Source: Felis catus (taxonomy: Eukaryota). Taken from it: a DNA stretch of 64,000 nt. A program made the translations under genes and the position numbers. The notes beneath the pieces were generated by a model that was not told the DNA's origin, did no database searches, and saw only the letters and a program-made list of their open reading frames with translations. Positions 22,747-35,384 of the stretch are shown here, piece by piece. The stretch is from the NCBI RefSeq assembly GCF_018350175.1, contig NC_058370.1, positions 51,150,001 through 51,214,000 on the forward strand, in the 5' to 3' direction. Numbering within the stretch: position 1 is the first letter of the stretch; every line of letters begins with the position of its first letter.

Positions 22747-25489
22747 GGGCAGATGTAAACAAAATAAGGCTTCGTTCTGAGATGGGGCAATGGTGTAAGA
22801 AAGTTACTGCTTTCTTTTGGGCAGTAACTCAAGGGAAAAAGAGTGGAAGACACGGACAGCCGGCCAGGGGAGGAGGGATGTCTCAAAAGCGTCTCCCAGA
22901 AAGGGAGTTTCCATGGGACATCTGTCCAAATGTCCCCTTCCACCTCTAGTTTTCTGTGCATTAAGTGGCCTCTAGGCTCCCTTACTGGGGTGACAGAAAA
23001 ACTTCTGAACACAGAGGTGCAGCCAATGGGAGGCACAGCCTGGTGGCATCACCAAAGCTGGTTGCCATGGCAATGGCTGCAGTAAGTGGTAGACCTAGAG
23101 GATGCAAGGTGAGGCCCAGAGGACTATTTAGCTTTCAAGAAGCGGACAGCCACCCTGGTTGCTGAGGAAAAGAGACAAGGGTGGGACGGGCAGGGGTCTT
23201 GTCAATAGGTGGGTCTCAGGGGCATCCATGGGTACATGTCCTCAGAGAGAGGCACACCTTGGGAGCTGGAGAGTCAGAGAGTGTGAGCCTGAAGGATCCC
23301 TAGGTGTCCACCTTGCTCACCACTTCCTGCAGGGCTGGCTCCTCAATATCTCTCAATCGACCTCTGCATACTCACACATGGCCCAGCACACCTACTCCTG
23401 CCTCACCTCAGCACAGCCCTACAGTCAAGGATTCTCAGAAAACACTTGACATGGAGATAAAGAGACACACAGCAGAGGATAAGGAGACCTGGTAGGGTGA
23501 TTGTAACAGACCAGGAGAGAGGCTGTGCAGAGGTGATACAAAAAATCCTTAGAGACCAGGCACAGTGCCCTGACCCCACACCATGCTGTGTATGCCTGGT
23601 GGGAGTGGCGGCTGTGGGTTAGAAGGCATAAGTGCCAGCGGAACGTGGAGATTGGCTGGACTTTAGGACGAGGAGGAAGGATGTGTGGAGGGCAGCCCCT
23701 GGACCCTGCCTTGACCCCACTACCTGAGACTGGGTTGTGCAGGGTGCCTGTGCCATGGAGAGAGGACATGTCCCGCCAGCAGTCAAATCCTGCAGTGAGG
23801 TTCAGAAGAGGGGACAAGTGTGAGAGCCCCTTAGTCACAGGAGCCCTTCAGATAGCAAAAGCACACAAGGCCATGATGAATACAACAGGGAGAGAGGAGC
23901 TAGGGGAACCCAGGGACCCTTGGCAGAGAGTTTCACAGCCAGAGCCAAAGGGAGAGAGAGTTTCCAGAACAAGGGGGGCACCTGACAGAGCCAAATGAGC
24001 AGAGCAGACTGAAGGAAGGCAGGGCAACTCCACCTAGAACCGGTCCGTATGTTGAGACTCACATCACCCCACTTTATTATCATAGGAGATGGGGCTTTCT
24101 GGAGGCACAGGGTGGGCACGGGCTCTCACACAGCCAGGAGGTGGGGATGTGCAGAAGGCATCCTCTCTGTTTCTGCAGGGCTTGGCAGCAGTAAGGCCAA
24201 AGTGGCCATGGGCACTAGTTCATAAATCAGCCTCAGACTGAGGCTGTGTTGCCTAGAATAGGCCTACTTCTTCTTTTGCCCTTGGCACCTGGAGACCCAA
24301 AACCTGACCTATGCCCTCAGAAAGGCCTTCCCTGGAAGCCTCGGGGAACCTCATACCTAGTGTTCTATGGCACAAGTGGTCACAAGACCTCTGCGTGGAA
24401 AGCCAAGACCTAAGGGGATGAGGGTTCAACCTCTGCTTCTCTCTCCCGTGTCACCCCTTAGCTGGGCTGACTGACTTGGGATGTTGTCCTGCTTTCTAGA
24501 CAGAGTACTGACATGCAGATGGACAGCCAGTGTCCATGTGGGCTGTGTGCTCTGAAGAGTGTGCTCTGAAGAGCAGCTGGAGCCCAGTGCTCCCTCAGGG
24601 CATCCGATGGAGTGAGAGGGTACAAGTATGAAGTAGGAGCCAACGGGAGTCCTCCAGGCTCTTTGAAGAAAGCAGGGTGGGCTTCTTGGAGGAGGGTGGA
24701 GGGCCCACCTCTGCAGACAGCTGCTCACCTCCAGGGCCTCACTCTGGTCTCCAAGGCGATGATGGGATGACTGTGCCTTGCGCTAGCCTGACAGTAGGGC
24801 AGAAATGCTGTGAGCAGGGGATTCTTCCAGCATATATGAATCTCTCTGGCCACTCTCCTTATCTGAGGCGAAGGGAAGCAGGCATCCACATACAAAGTGG
24901 CAATTAGGATGTTTGGTCAATTCAACAAAAGACAAACAGCCAATGAGGAGTCCTGGCCCCAGCCTCACCCAGAGTCACAATGTGGAGGCAGATGTGGGTC
25001 TAGAACTGGGCCCCTGACCCCCAGGCTTCCTCACTTCTGTCTTCTCTCCCCTAAGGGCCCTACTTCCATGTGGGTGCCTTAGCCTTGTGTCAGTCCTGAG
25101 CCCCAGCAGAGCGGTGGCTGGCCTGAACTTCTTTAGGCATGGGGAGCGGTTTCTCTCAGGCTGGTTGTAAGGATACCACTCCCAGGCCACTAAGCACCAG
25201 CCTGTGGGCCTGAACAGAGGCACACCTGCAGTGGGGAGGAATTTTCAATGCCACCCAAGTGGGGTCCCATGACCCATGGGTCATTTGGGGCTCTGACACC
25301 AGAGACCGCAGAGGGACAGCTGAAAGCCCACTGTGACTGTGGGGCACATCATTCTCCAGCCCCGAGTCAGGCTTCAGAAAGCAAAGAGACACATGTGAAG
25401 GTCTCCAGTTAATGCTTGTGTGTTGTTACAGTACATGGGAAGTCAGATGGGAAGGCTGCCAACTGCCACTCAGCCAGGTCTCTCTGGGT

Positions 25490-25700
25490 TTAGAATGTGG
25501 TCTTTGGAGCCAGACTGCCCGGGTTTGAACCACAGCAGCACTGCTTTGCCACAGCCTCAACAGAGTTGTTTGCTCTCTGCCTCAGTTTTCCCACCTGTGA
25601 AACGGTCATGTAACAGTTCCTGCCACATAAGGCTGACGTGGGGACAAAAATGAGAAAATGTGTCTAAAGCACTCTATGTGGGCCCAGCTGAGCAAGCACT
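25490..25700 (+). mobile_element. MIR (further MIR relics near 17100-17320, 30100-30420, 42540-42730, 53150-53820, 57290-57420, 58210-58390)
   Basis: ctttggagccagactgcccgggtttgaacc...ctctctgcctcagttttcccacctgtgaaa MIR core. Confidence 0.7.
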
Positions 25701-26260
25701 TGTACTTCATATGCACTCACTGTCACCACGGACGAGGACACAGAATTCTAGGACCCAGGTGTCCACACCGCTGCGTCAAACCTTTCTCCACCTTTGTTCT
25801 TGTGTGCTTCCCTGACGGCCACCATCTCCGTCTTGCATTCAGTGTCCCCCAGAGGGAAACTTCTTGGTGGTTTGCAAGTATTGAGCACCTGCTTGGCTTG
25901 TCTGTGGACAGAACTTTGGCCCCTGCTATTGCCAGAAGGGCCCAGCTCCCGGTCAGACGGGCTGGGGTTGGGTTGGTGAGAGGTGTCACATGGCACACAG
26001 CAGTGCGACCACTGTGTATGCTTTGCTAGCTGCTTTGCTCAGAAGGGGCTGTGGGAAGTCAGAGCCTCTGTCCTGGCCAGGAATAGCAATGAAGCCTCGG
26101 ATCACCATCGGCATCTGAGCCAAAGCATGACCCAGATGAGGCGCAGGTGAGAGGCAGAGGCTGCAGGATGGAGTCTGGCCTCTCATTTCAGCAAACGCCC
26201 TCCCCGGTGTTTGAGCCCCTTGGGGCTGCTAACCAGGGGATACTGATGGACTATGATAGC

Positions 26261-26713
26261 TGGGATGATTAATGTCATGTGTCACCTCGACCGGGTGAAA
26301 GGATGCCCAAATAGCTGATAAAATCTTATTTCTGGTTGTGTCTGTGAGGGTGTTTCTGGAAGAGATTAGCATTTGAATCAGTAGATGAGTAAAGTAGATG
26401 TACTCTCACCAGTGTGGGTGGGTGTCATCCAATCTGTTGAGATTGAAGAGAACAAAGAGGCAAAGAAAGCGTGAATTCTCTTTCTTCTNNNNNNNNNNNN
26501 NNNNNNNNNNNNNNNNNNNNNNNNNNNNNNNNNNNNNNNNNNNNNNNNNNNNNNNNNNNNNNNNNNNNNNNNNNNNNNNNNNNNNNNNNNNNNNNNNNNN
26601 NNNNNNNNNNNNNNNNNNNNNNNNNNNNNNNNNNNNNNNNNNNNNNNNNNNNNNNNNNNNNNNNNNNNNNTGTCTATATATACCCTGCTGGCTTTGTTTC
26701 TTTGACTAATACA
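26261..26713 (+). mobile_element. MLT2-family (ERVL) solo LTR (N run 26489-26670 inside)
   Basis: ggatgcccaaatagctgataaaatcttatttctggttgtgtctgtgagggtgtttctggaagagattagcatttgaatcagtaga...tgactaataca. Confidence 0.82.
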
Positions 26714-27484
26714 TAGGCCCATTAGTTGGGAAGCTTCCCAGGCATCCTCCCTTCTCTCCCCACCATCCCCCACCCCTGCCACCTCCACTAGTTTTCTTCA
26801 CAGTCTTGTAAAGAAATAACTGCAAATAGAAGAGTTACCTCAGAATGGTCTCCTTCTGGAACATATGGACAGCCTCCTCCCTCCTCGGCCTCCACCATGG
26901 CTCGGCTTATTCAAGAGGCCTTTCTGGTTTGCCCGTTTCTTTCTATGTCATTGCCTCCACCCTATGCAAGGACACCACCACACCACCACCTCTTTCCTGG
27001 AACTTTGCTGTAGCTTCTTCCCTGCCTTCCCCACATTCATATGATCCACTCACTACCTTGCCCACAGAGGGAGCTTTAAAGCACAGATATGATTGTGCCA
27101 CACTCCTTACAACTCTTCAAAGGGAGTAATCTTGCCTTTGGCCTAGAAGGCTCACCTCTGCTTGCCTGCCCATTCTCATCTCAGTCCCTCCTCTGCCCCC
27201 CACTCCTCTCCTCTCTCCTGCCTCACTCGTCTCTCTCTCCTCCCCTCCCCACAGCTTAGCTAAGCTCTTTCCTGCACCTCTGGGTACTTGTATATGCTGG
27301 CCATCCACCTGAACAGTCTTCCCTCTCTCTAAAAGACACCTGCCATGCTGCTCCCCCTGCAACTAGATGCACTTCTCCTTGTGATCCCTCTGTACTTTGT
27401 ACAGAGCTTATAATTTTTTGTCTATTGCCTAATTGTTTAATTTTGACTATTTCATAACAACATGATCTCCATGAGCATAGGCAC

Positions 27485-27816
27485 TGTTACAGGCTGAGTT
27501 GTGTCCCCCCTCCCAAATTCATATGGGAGAGAGAATCCTTAAAGAGGTAATTAAGTTAAAATGAGTTTGTGNNNNNNNNNNNNNNNNNNNNNNNNNNNNN
27601 NNNNNNNNNNNNNNNNNNNNNNNNNNNNNNNNNNNNNNNNNNNNNNNNNNNNNNNNNNNNNNNNNNNNNNNNNNNNNNNNNNNNNNNNNNNNNNNNNNNN
27701 NNNNNNNNNNNNCCTGCTGACACCTAAGACCTCCAGCCTCCAGAATGGTGAGGAAATAAATGTGTAAGCCACCCACTCTGCAGTAGTCTGTATGGCAGCC
27801 CTAGCAAATTAACACA
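27485..27816 (+). mobile_element. MLT1B-like solo LTR (N run 27572-27712 inside)
   Basis: tgttacaggctgagttgtgtcccc...aagaggtaattaagttaaaatgag...aataaatgtg...gcagccctagcaaattaacaca; TSD ggcac / ggcat. Confidence 0.8.
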
Positions 27817-28829
27817 GGCATCGTGGGTTTGTTCACTGTTTCCATAGTACCAAACAGTATTTTCTGACTGACGCACCAGGGCTCCACCAGGCAGAAATTC
27901 CAGGGATGCTTGGCATCTTGCGCAGGATTGTCTTACCTCCATTCTTCTCTGTGATGCTGGTGCCTGGCACAAGGAATCTTAGGAAACAGCCATTGAAAAA
28001 ATGAGTACAAGTGGGAGGGATGGAGAGTAGGGGCACATATGTAGAGCAAATGTCCTGAAATGGCTGTGACAAAATGGGCCACATCCTCAGATTTCTATTG
28101 GCAGAAATGTGCTTACCCCCTTTACAGGCAGTAGGGAGCTCCTTCCTGGCTATCTTGGCATTGCTCATTCTTGCCAAGAATCTGCAGACAGGAAGCAGCT
28201 TGAATCTCATCCTTGAGTGTGCTGGATCCCTCTGACATGTGCTAACAATGCCTGTTCTCAGGCACAGGGATTTACATGTTTCTAGTCACTCCCTCAATGC
28301 TGGCCTTCCTCTTCAGATTGTAAACTCCATCCTTCATATACCCTTCCTCAGGCTGGAGGTGCAGCCTGGCACCTGTGAATGCTCCATTGACATGCATGTC
28401 CCAGTGAATGGATGGATGAAGACTGGAACCAGCAAAGGTACACAGATGGATGAACTTCCTCCATGACACTTCCTTTCTGCATCTGGTTCTACTTTTTAGG
28501 GCATTGAAGGATGTGACTTCCTCCAAACTAAGAATTTTAGTCCATACTTATGTCCAACTCTGTTGATATTTCCTATTGTACTTTCTTGAGATCTGGTATT
28601 TACATCTCACCTTCAGAAATATGGTGCCCTCTGATGGTCCATTTTCTCAGATTTTGCTGGGCTGTTTCTAGGGCCAGTGTCCTGGGGGTTGGGAGAGATG
28701 TAGCCCTGTGGAGTGGGCACCTGCTGGTTTGGGTTGGCCAGTCACAATCTCCTTCAATTTTGCCACCAGCACTATAGGGGTGTCTTCTTGCCTCCATCTT
28801 TAATCCATGGGGTTTGGCTGGGTGAGAGT

Positions 28830-29400
28830 TCAGGGACAGCCTTTATCTCAGGTCCCACCAGTTAGCAAATTCCTGCCCTCTGTTCACAATGGCTGAGTCA
28901 GGGAGATAAGCATGGGCCCACAATGAACCTGTGGGGTCAAGCCCAGGATTTTGTCTGGGGCCACTGAGAATAAGAAGCTCTCTTTCTGCAAGAGTGGCTA
29001 AGGTATTAGTAATCCCAAACCTGAGGGTGGTGTAGAGAGAGCCTGCTGAGAAGGGAGTAAACATGGAGAACAAGACAGCCAAGAGATACCCAAGAACAGC
29101 ATATGAGAACCTGGATCCAGTTGTACCTGAAGTAAAATATACCTAAACTAGTTTCTTAATGGATATATGATTGGCATTTTGGGCATGAAATTCTACACAT
29201 TGTAAGATGTTCACCATCCCCAGTTCCCACCAGCAAAATGAAGGAAGTTTCCCTAGTCATTAAAACAACCAGAACAACCCCCATTACTTTCATTTATCCC
29301 AGATGGCTGCCCTTGGCTTTTCAGTTACTTGAGTCAAGAATTTCCCCCTTTTTATTTATTCCAGTGGGTTTTCTGACATTTTCAAATAATGACTGACAGT
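28830..29400 (+). mobile_element. MLT1K/L-like LTR interrupted by a MER20-like fragment (~29148-29305)
   Basis: gagaacctggatccagttgtacctgaag resumes as cttttcagttacttgagtcaagaattt; the insert contains ttggcattttggg...cattgtaagatgtt. Confidence 0.5.
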
Positions 29401-30505
29401 CTGTCAACATTTTTGGGTGTCAGGGATTTAATCCTCAGCATACCAGTTGATCTTGATGTAGCCTGTCAGAGCACAGGACTAGTTCTGAGGAGCCAATGGC
29501 TAGCACAGGCAACCAGCAACATGGACAAATGAAAAATTGCCCAATTCTGGTTCTGGAAAATGGCACTGAGGGATAGACCACAGCATATCAGGGCCAGCCT
29601 TGGATGTTGGGGCAACATCTTGACCTGAATCAGGACACCTCTAGCTCACAAGCCCAAGAGGGACTCCCTTGTAGGCAGCCAAACATGGCCTCCTTTGGGA
29701 GATTAAGATAACCACTTACAAGGGCAATATCAAGTGAAAATGAGAACTCCCAACATGTTCAAATCAATAAGGATCATTACAAGATCCATAAAGATGGTGA
29801 CAGGGTCTGTGAGGCCAAGCCAGTGGTGGAAGGCTGGCCTGAAGGAGAAGGGATTCAGGCCTTAGCATTTTTCTGAGCACCACAAGCTTTATGAGGGATT
29901 GCTGTGTCCTGCCTCTGCATGTTGGGTCTAAGCAAGAGAGAAGCACTTATCTCAGCATTAGAAGGGACCTCGAGATGCTCTAGTCCTTCCTTGTCTCTAG
30001 TATGGGCCTAGGGTGTGTTTTCTTAGGCACAGTTTAGAGTAACCAATAACCATCAATGACTCCCACACCTATAGGACAGAGCACAGACTTCTCCCAGCAT
30101 TCAAGCCAGAGTCAACCATGGCTCCCCCATGTCCTAGTGTGTGGTCTTACAGCAGGCATCAGGCCTTGTGTTGCCTCTGATTCTCCATCTATAAATAGTA
30201 CAATAGCAGCACTCACTTGATAGCAGAGTAAGTGTTGGCTGCTACAACCATCATTTTTAGAATTTCTGCTGCATTCAAGAAAGAGTCAGAGTATTGGATG
30301 TCAGAAGTCCTGGCTCTGCCACTCATTTAACTCAGAGCTAATAATATAATTTCTTAGAGTCTTAATTTCTTCATTTATGAAATGGGACTAAGGATCATAC
30401 CTCAATGAGATGTTGTAAATAAAAGATTTTGAGTAGTATGTCAGTCCTTCTGTTTGGAAGGGCCCCAGGCCCTGGCCTCCCCTACCCTCTAAAAAGCACA
30501 GTTTA

Positions 30506-30720
30506 GGGGCACCTGGGTGGCGCAGTCGGTTAAGCGTCCGACTTCAGCCAGGTCACGATCTCGCGGTCCGTGAGTTCGAGCCCCGCGTCGGGCTCTGGGC
30601 TGATGGCTCAGAGCCTGGAGCCTGTTTCCGATTCTGTGTCTCCCTCTCTCTCTGCCCCTCCCCCGTTCATGCTCTGTCTCTCTCTGTCCCAAAAATAAAT
30701 AAATGTTGAAAAAAAAATTT
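30506..30720 (+). mobile_element. Young SINEC_Fc
   Basis: ggggcacctgggtggcgcagtcggttaagcgtccgacttcagccaggtc...; perfect TSD aaaaagcacagttta at 30491-30505 and 30721-30735. Confidence 0.96.
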
Positions 30721-30916
30721 AAAAAGCACAGTTTAGGGAGAGATTCACAGAGAGGTCTCTAAGGGGCTTGGCTTCCTCTCCCATGAATCTTCACACAACT
30801 CTGGGCACCTCTACCAGATTAGCCCATCTTGTTACTGGCCAGTTTTCTGCTGAGGGCTGGCTGCTCAGTCCCTATCGCTTGCTCTGCAGCAGCCAGTATG
30901 TCTCTTCATGCAGACA

Positions 30917-31300
30917 TTTATTTTTTATTTTTTTATATGAAATTTATTGTCAAATTGGTTTCTATACAACACCCAGTGCTCATCCCAACAGGTGCCCTCC
31001 TCAATGCCCATCACCCACTTCCCCTCCTTCCCACCCCCCATCAACCCTCAGTTTATTCTCAGTCTTTAAGAGTCTCTTATGATTTGCCTCCCTCCCTCTC
31101 TAACTTTTTCCCCCCTTCCCCTCCCCCATGGTATTCTGCAAGTTTCTCAGGATCCACATATGAGTGAAAACATATGGTATCTGTCTTTCTCTGTATGACT
31201 TATTTCACTTTGCATAACACTTTCCAGTTCCATCCATGTTGCTACAAAAGGCCATATTTCATTCTTTCTCATTGCCGAGTAGTATTCCATTGTATATATA
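30917..31300 (-). mobile_element. 5'-truncated felid L1 3' fragment
   Basis: tatgaaatttattgtcaaattggtt...gtattccattgtatata is the reverse complement of the L1 3' end; it runs into a (TA)n tract. Confidence 0.9.
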
Positions 31301-31361
31301 AGATATAAAATATATCTTTATTATATACATATATATAATATGTATGGTGGGCATATTATAT

Positions 31362-31396
<35 letters not shown>
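31300..31396. repeat. (TA)n-rich tract
   Basis: Directly visible, adjoining the L1 fragment. Confidence 0.93.
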
Positions 31397-31397
<1 letters not shown>

Positions 31398-32222
31398 CCC
31401 CACTCATAACCTGTGCTCATTTAATTTTTATAGAAGAGTAAAATGGCTCCTTGCTAAGCTTTCTTCCAGCTCAGGTATATATGTGATAGTCAAAGAATAC
31501 GGGTGGGTGTCTTGGTTAAGAAGTCAGTGAAAGCCTATTTCAGGAAGTGCCCTGTCATGTTTTAGGCTGGTGGGGCAGCCTTCTACCAGGCATTGGTCCG
31601 TCTGGCTGATTTAGGACAGGCCCACTTTTCTAGAGGTCAGTGGTCTCCTGAAGCCACTCCTGCTGGTGGATTCCAGGCACTTTTCTCCTTGTGCTTCAGA
31701 GAACAGCTCCCCACAGCCTGGGTACTCTGAGGGCCAGACAGACAAGGGCAGGGCCATGAATATGCTGGGCTTGGAGGCCAATTCTAGGCACTTCTGGAAT
31801 TGATGGACTTGAATAACCACCAACACAAAATGCTTTCCCACAAGATAGGAAGTTGAGTCATCTGCAGAAAGTCACTCTACCTTCCAGGCAAATGAGCCAC
31901 TGGAGGGGAGCTAGAGGTCCTGCACACCCACCAGCCTGTGGCTCAATACTTACTGTCTAGCCAGTGGATCTCCGGCATGTGTTGCAGATAGCTGTCTGGA
32001 CAACCCTGGTCTCCTTAATGGCCCACCACCCTGCATTCTGCACATAGAAGCTCTCTGAGGTGGTGGAGGTGTAAGCCAATGGAATGGCCAGCAGAGGGAT
32101 GCAGGGTGACACCTTCCCTGTTATGCTCCTATCCACTTGGGCATTTCTGCTCAGACCCTCTCAGCTTCTGCCCCAACCTCACTGCTCCCATCATCCAGAC
32201 AAAAGACCTCTCCATGTTCATT

Positions 32223-32228
32223 TTTATT
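32223..32228 (-). terminator. Candidate distal poly(A) signal AATAAA of SH3RF3
   Basis: tttatt on + strand, preceded on the mRNA strand by U-rich sequence containing UGUA. Confidence 0.6.
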
Positions 32229-32316
32229 TAAAGACTCAGAAACACAGGTATCATAGTTTGTCATCACTGTCAAATTCATCCAAAATCACACACTGACATT
32301 TGTAACAAAAACATTG

Positions 32317-32317
<1 letters not shown>

Positions 32318-32345
<28 letters not shown>
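32318..32345. repeat. (TG)n microsatellite in the distal SH3RF3 3'UTR ((CA)n on mRNA)
   Basis: Perfect run. Confidence 0.95.
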
Positions 32346-32347
<2 letters not shown>

Positions 32348-33984
32348 CTGTGCAAAGTACAAAGAACTTCTCAGCCAGGAAGCTGAGCTTGTTTGGGGTG
32401 CCAGAGTCTGGAATTCATAATGAGGCTGCCAGGGAAGTGCCTGCCCACTGTCTCCCCACTCTGCTTCTGTGGCCCTTTGGTGGACCAGTTGTCCTCATCC
32501 ACTGACCTTGCTCAATGGTGCCTATGAACTCTACTGCATTCCTCAAAGCAAGTCACCTTGGCTGCCAAATGCCACTGATAACCAAGATGTGTAAGTTGCT
32601 GGGCCAGGGTAGACAGTGAGGGTTCAGGTAAGGTGTTGGTTTCATCTTAGTAGCCAAAATGAGTTTGTCCATTAGGGCAAGATATCCCAAAGGGTCTAAT
32701 TCTGCTCTTGCCCTTGTCTGTGGGCCAAATGGTCATGAAGGCTGATGGATTTGGCTGAATATGTTTGAAAACAGCCCAAAGCACCAGGGCTGGTTGTGTA
32801 CTTCCCTGCTCTCTGGGAGCCCCACCCGAAAGGATGTCCTGGTGATGGCTGGCCTATGGCATCCCTTCCTTCCCAAAGTCATACCAATACCTGACCCAAC
32901 TCTGACACAAGAAGGTCCAGTTGATGCCTTGCAAAGGCACTGGATACTCGCCCAGCTCTCTGTTGTGAGGGGTGCTGGGCCCTGGTGGGGGGCTGCCTCA
33001 CCCACAGTCACTAGGCTGTTTATCAATTCCTACCTACCACGAGCATTGTGTGGGTGGTGGCTGAGAGAGGAAAGAAGGTCCAAGTTAGTCTATTCTGTTG
33101 CTTGGTAACTGCCTTCGTTAAAAAAAAAAAATAAAAACGCTTTCCTTATTATCTGGGGATGTGAGTTAGTTCTGGTCTCACTGAGGAACACGTGTCTCCC
33201 TCAGTGTGTTAATCCATGCACATTTTTGGTGATGGCATGATTTTAAACAAGCACATGATTTTTGTGCATGGCAGACAACTAATTTGGCACCAATGGCAAA
33301 TGGATACCTTCTGGTTGTCATTAACTCATGTAGGGCTCCCTGGGTTTAAGTTGGATTTCATCTTTCTTTGATTCAGAACAAATTTCTCAAGTCTATTAAA
33401 TCTATGATTATCTGGAGAGAGGAGAAGAGCTTTTGTCTAGGTGTGATCCCACCGTCATGGTAGCCACCTGGCAGTAACAAATAGCCAAGTCACATCCCCA
33501 AATAGGAGCTCTGAAAATAAGTGTTTTTTATTTCAAAGGCATTCCACCAGGCAAGGGAATGTGTTTCTGGATTTTGTTGCATCCTTGAAAACCAGGGAGA
33601 TCCTATGTTACCAAAGGCTAATTTAGTCAGCCTAATTTAAACTTGAGTCGCTTTATAAAAATAAAGAGAGAGGGAGTTTATGAATTGTGACTCTGAACTG
33701 ACAAGAATGTATTCTTAAGGTGTGAATCTCTTGAGAACAAGACTGCCTGCATGACAGGACTTCTCCAGTCTGTTTCTATGGCAGGTCTGGGCTGCTGGGC
33801 TCATGAAGAGGCCTCAATGGACTCCACCCAGGGCAAGGTCCCAGGATCAAAGGTATTCTTCATCCTGTCTCTTCTCCCAGCTCCCTTGAATTCTTCAAAT
33901 CTGCAGCAATGCCTCAAATCCCTTGTTCTCCTCATTGTACTTCCAGTCTCTAGACCAATATTTGTACTGCCTGATAGGGACACA

Positions 33985-33990
33985 TTTATT
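33985..33990 (-). terminator. Candidate proximal poly(A) signal AATAAA
   Basis: tttatt on +, directly after a ~15-nt U tract on the mRNA strand. A further AATAAA lies at 33532-33527. Confidence 0.4.
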
Positions 33991-35215
33991 AAAAAAAAAA
34001 AAAAAGACAAACCCATCATAGGGTGGGAAATCTGAATTGTGGTTAAAAACTACACATTTCAGTAGTGAGAAATCATACTTTGATAATGCTAATTGTAGTC
34101 ATTTTCTCTAAAGCAATAAAAGAAAAATTCTGCCTTCCTAGGCTGGGGTTGACCTTCATGTTCTTTTTACTGCCACACAAAAGGCAATTATAGTGACCCT
34201 TACTTGAAATGCTTCCAGTTCTTGAATAATAATTACCACTGTCTAGACATAGCATGGGGCTTTGGTAAAGGTTTAAAGAAATTGGCTTTTTCTAAACTCC
34301 CTCCAACCACTTAAATGGATTCCCTCTTATCCACAGAATAGTAGCCAACACTGATATTGAGTGCGTGGACTTTTCAGTTTTCCAAAATTCACATGGTACA
34401 TATAAAAATTCTGCCCACTTGATTATCATCTCAGACATTTTTTCTTTCAAGCTCAACCAAGTCATTATTGGTTTTACAAAAAGGCAGCACCAGATGTATG
34501 AAAAATAGGCAATGTATGACCTATTAGAAATATAGAAAGTCTAACAGCTTTACTTTAAAAAGATGTTGTAAGAAAGAAGCAATGCAAAGGGACAGTGGCG
34601 GCAAAACGAAACATGTGGCTTATAATACGATGGGCAGGAAACAAAGCCAAGTGCGATCTTGCGCCTCCAACAGGAGCTGCATGCTGGGCTTCCCCAGGGA
34701 CTCTGGGGACCCAGCAAAGGCCCTGGGCCAGGAACACCCTTGCTGAGTGGCCAGGTGGCAGGTGACTGAGGTATATAGAGAGGTGATGGAGCAATCTGGA
34801 CCCCCCCCCCCCAAGAAGCCCAGGGCAACCCATAAAGACAATCTTCAAACGCCCTGGGCGCCATGCCCACCGCCCAACCCCCACAGCCCTTCTGCAGCTT
34901 TCGGCCTTGCATAGGCAGCAAACAAGAATGCTGCAGCTTAGCAGTAAGTCACAGAGCAAATCAACCCGCATCAGCAGCTTCTCTTTTCAAAGATATTTCT
35001 TTACAGTTTACGCAGAGGGAAGCATTTTGTCAGAGAACAACCCCAGGGTGTGCTCTTGGTTGGGGGTTATGGGCTCCCACCCCCATCCAGGGTGGCCATG
35101 TCAGGAGCCTTGAAAGGGACCTGGGACCCTCAGGACAGCCTTGACTTCCCTTGTTGTGCCCTGGGGATCCCAGGGAGCCTTCATGCCTGGGGAGTGGGGT
35201 GTGGAGAGTGTGTCC

Positions 35216-35384
35216 TCAGAAGCTCTCTACGAAGCTTCCCGGGAAGAGACCGGTGCGGCCATTCCTCTGCAGGGTCCCCTTGTACCAGCCGTCCTCACGC
35301 TTCTTGTGCACAAAGACAATGTCACCTTCCTTCAGCTCGATCTCTGCCTCGCTCTGGGGAGGGTAAGAGACCACCACGCGGTAC
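35216..35384 (-). CDS. SH3RF3: SH3RF3 terminal coding exon (fourth SH3 domain)
   Basis: (R)[69 protein letters not shown] and the ending VESF distinguish it from SH3RF1 (HRVV, ELELK, GWFKG, VENI). Acceptor ccccaccAG at 35386-35385; the phase fits the upstream exon (AG+G = Arg); TGA at 35218-35216. Confidence 0.96.

Larger units (their letters stand above)
32200..35215 (-). other. SH3RF3: SH3RF3 3'UTR (~3 kb, distal end approximate)
   Basis: Continues from the stop codon. Largely free of interspersed repeats, U-rich on the minus strand, and ends shortly after AATAAA at 32228-32223. Confidence 0.7.

Noticed and set aside
30506-30590. tRNA-like A/B-box sequence
   Set aside because: It is the tRNA-derived head of a CanSINE, not a tRNA gene.
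34550-35144. Several 90-140 aa ORFs just after the SH3RF3 stop
   Set aside because: GC-rich proximal 3'UTR with no recognisable homology.
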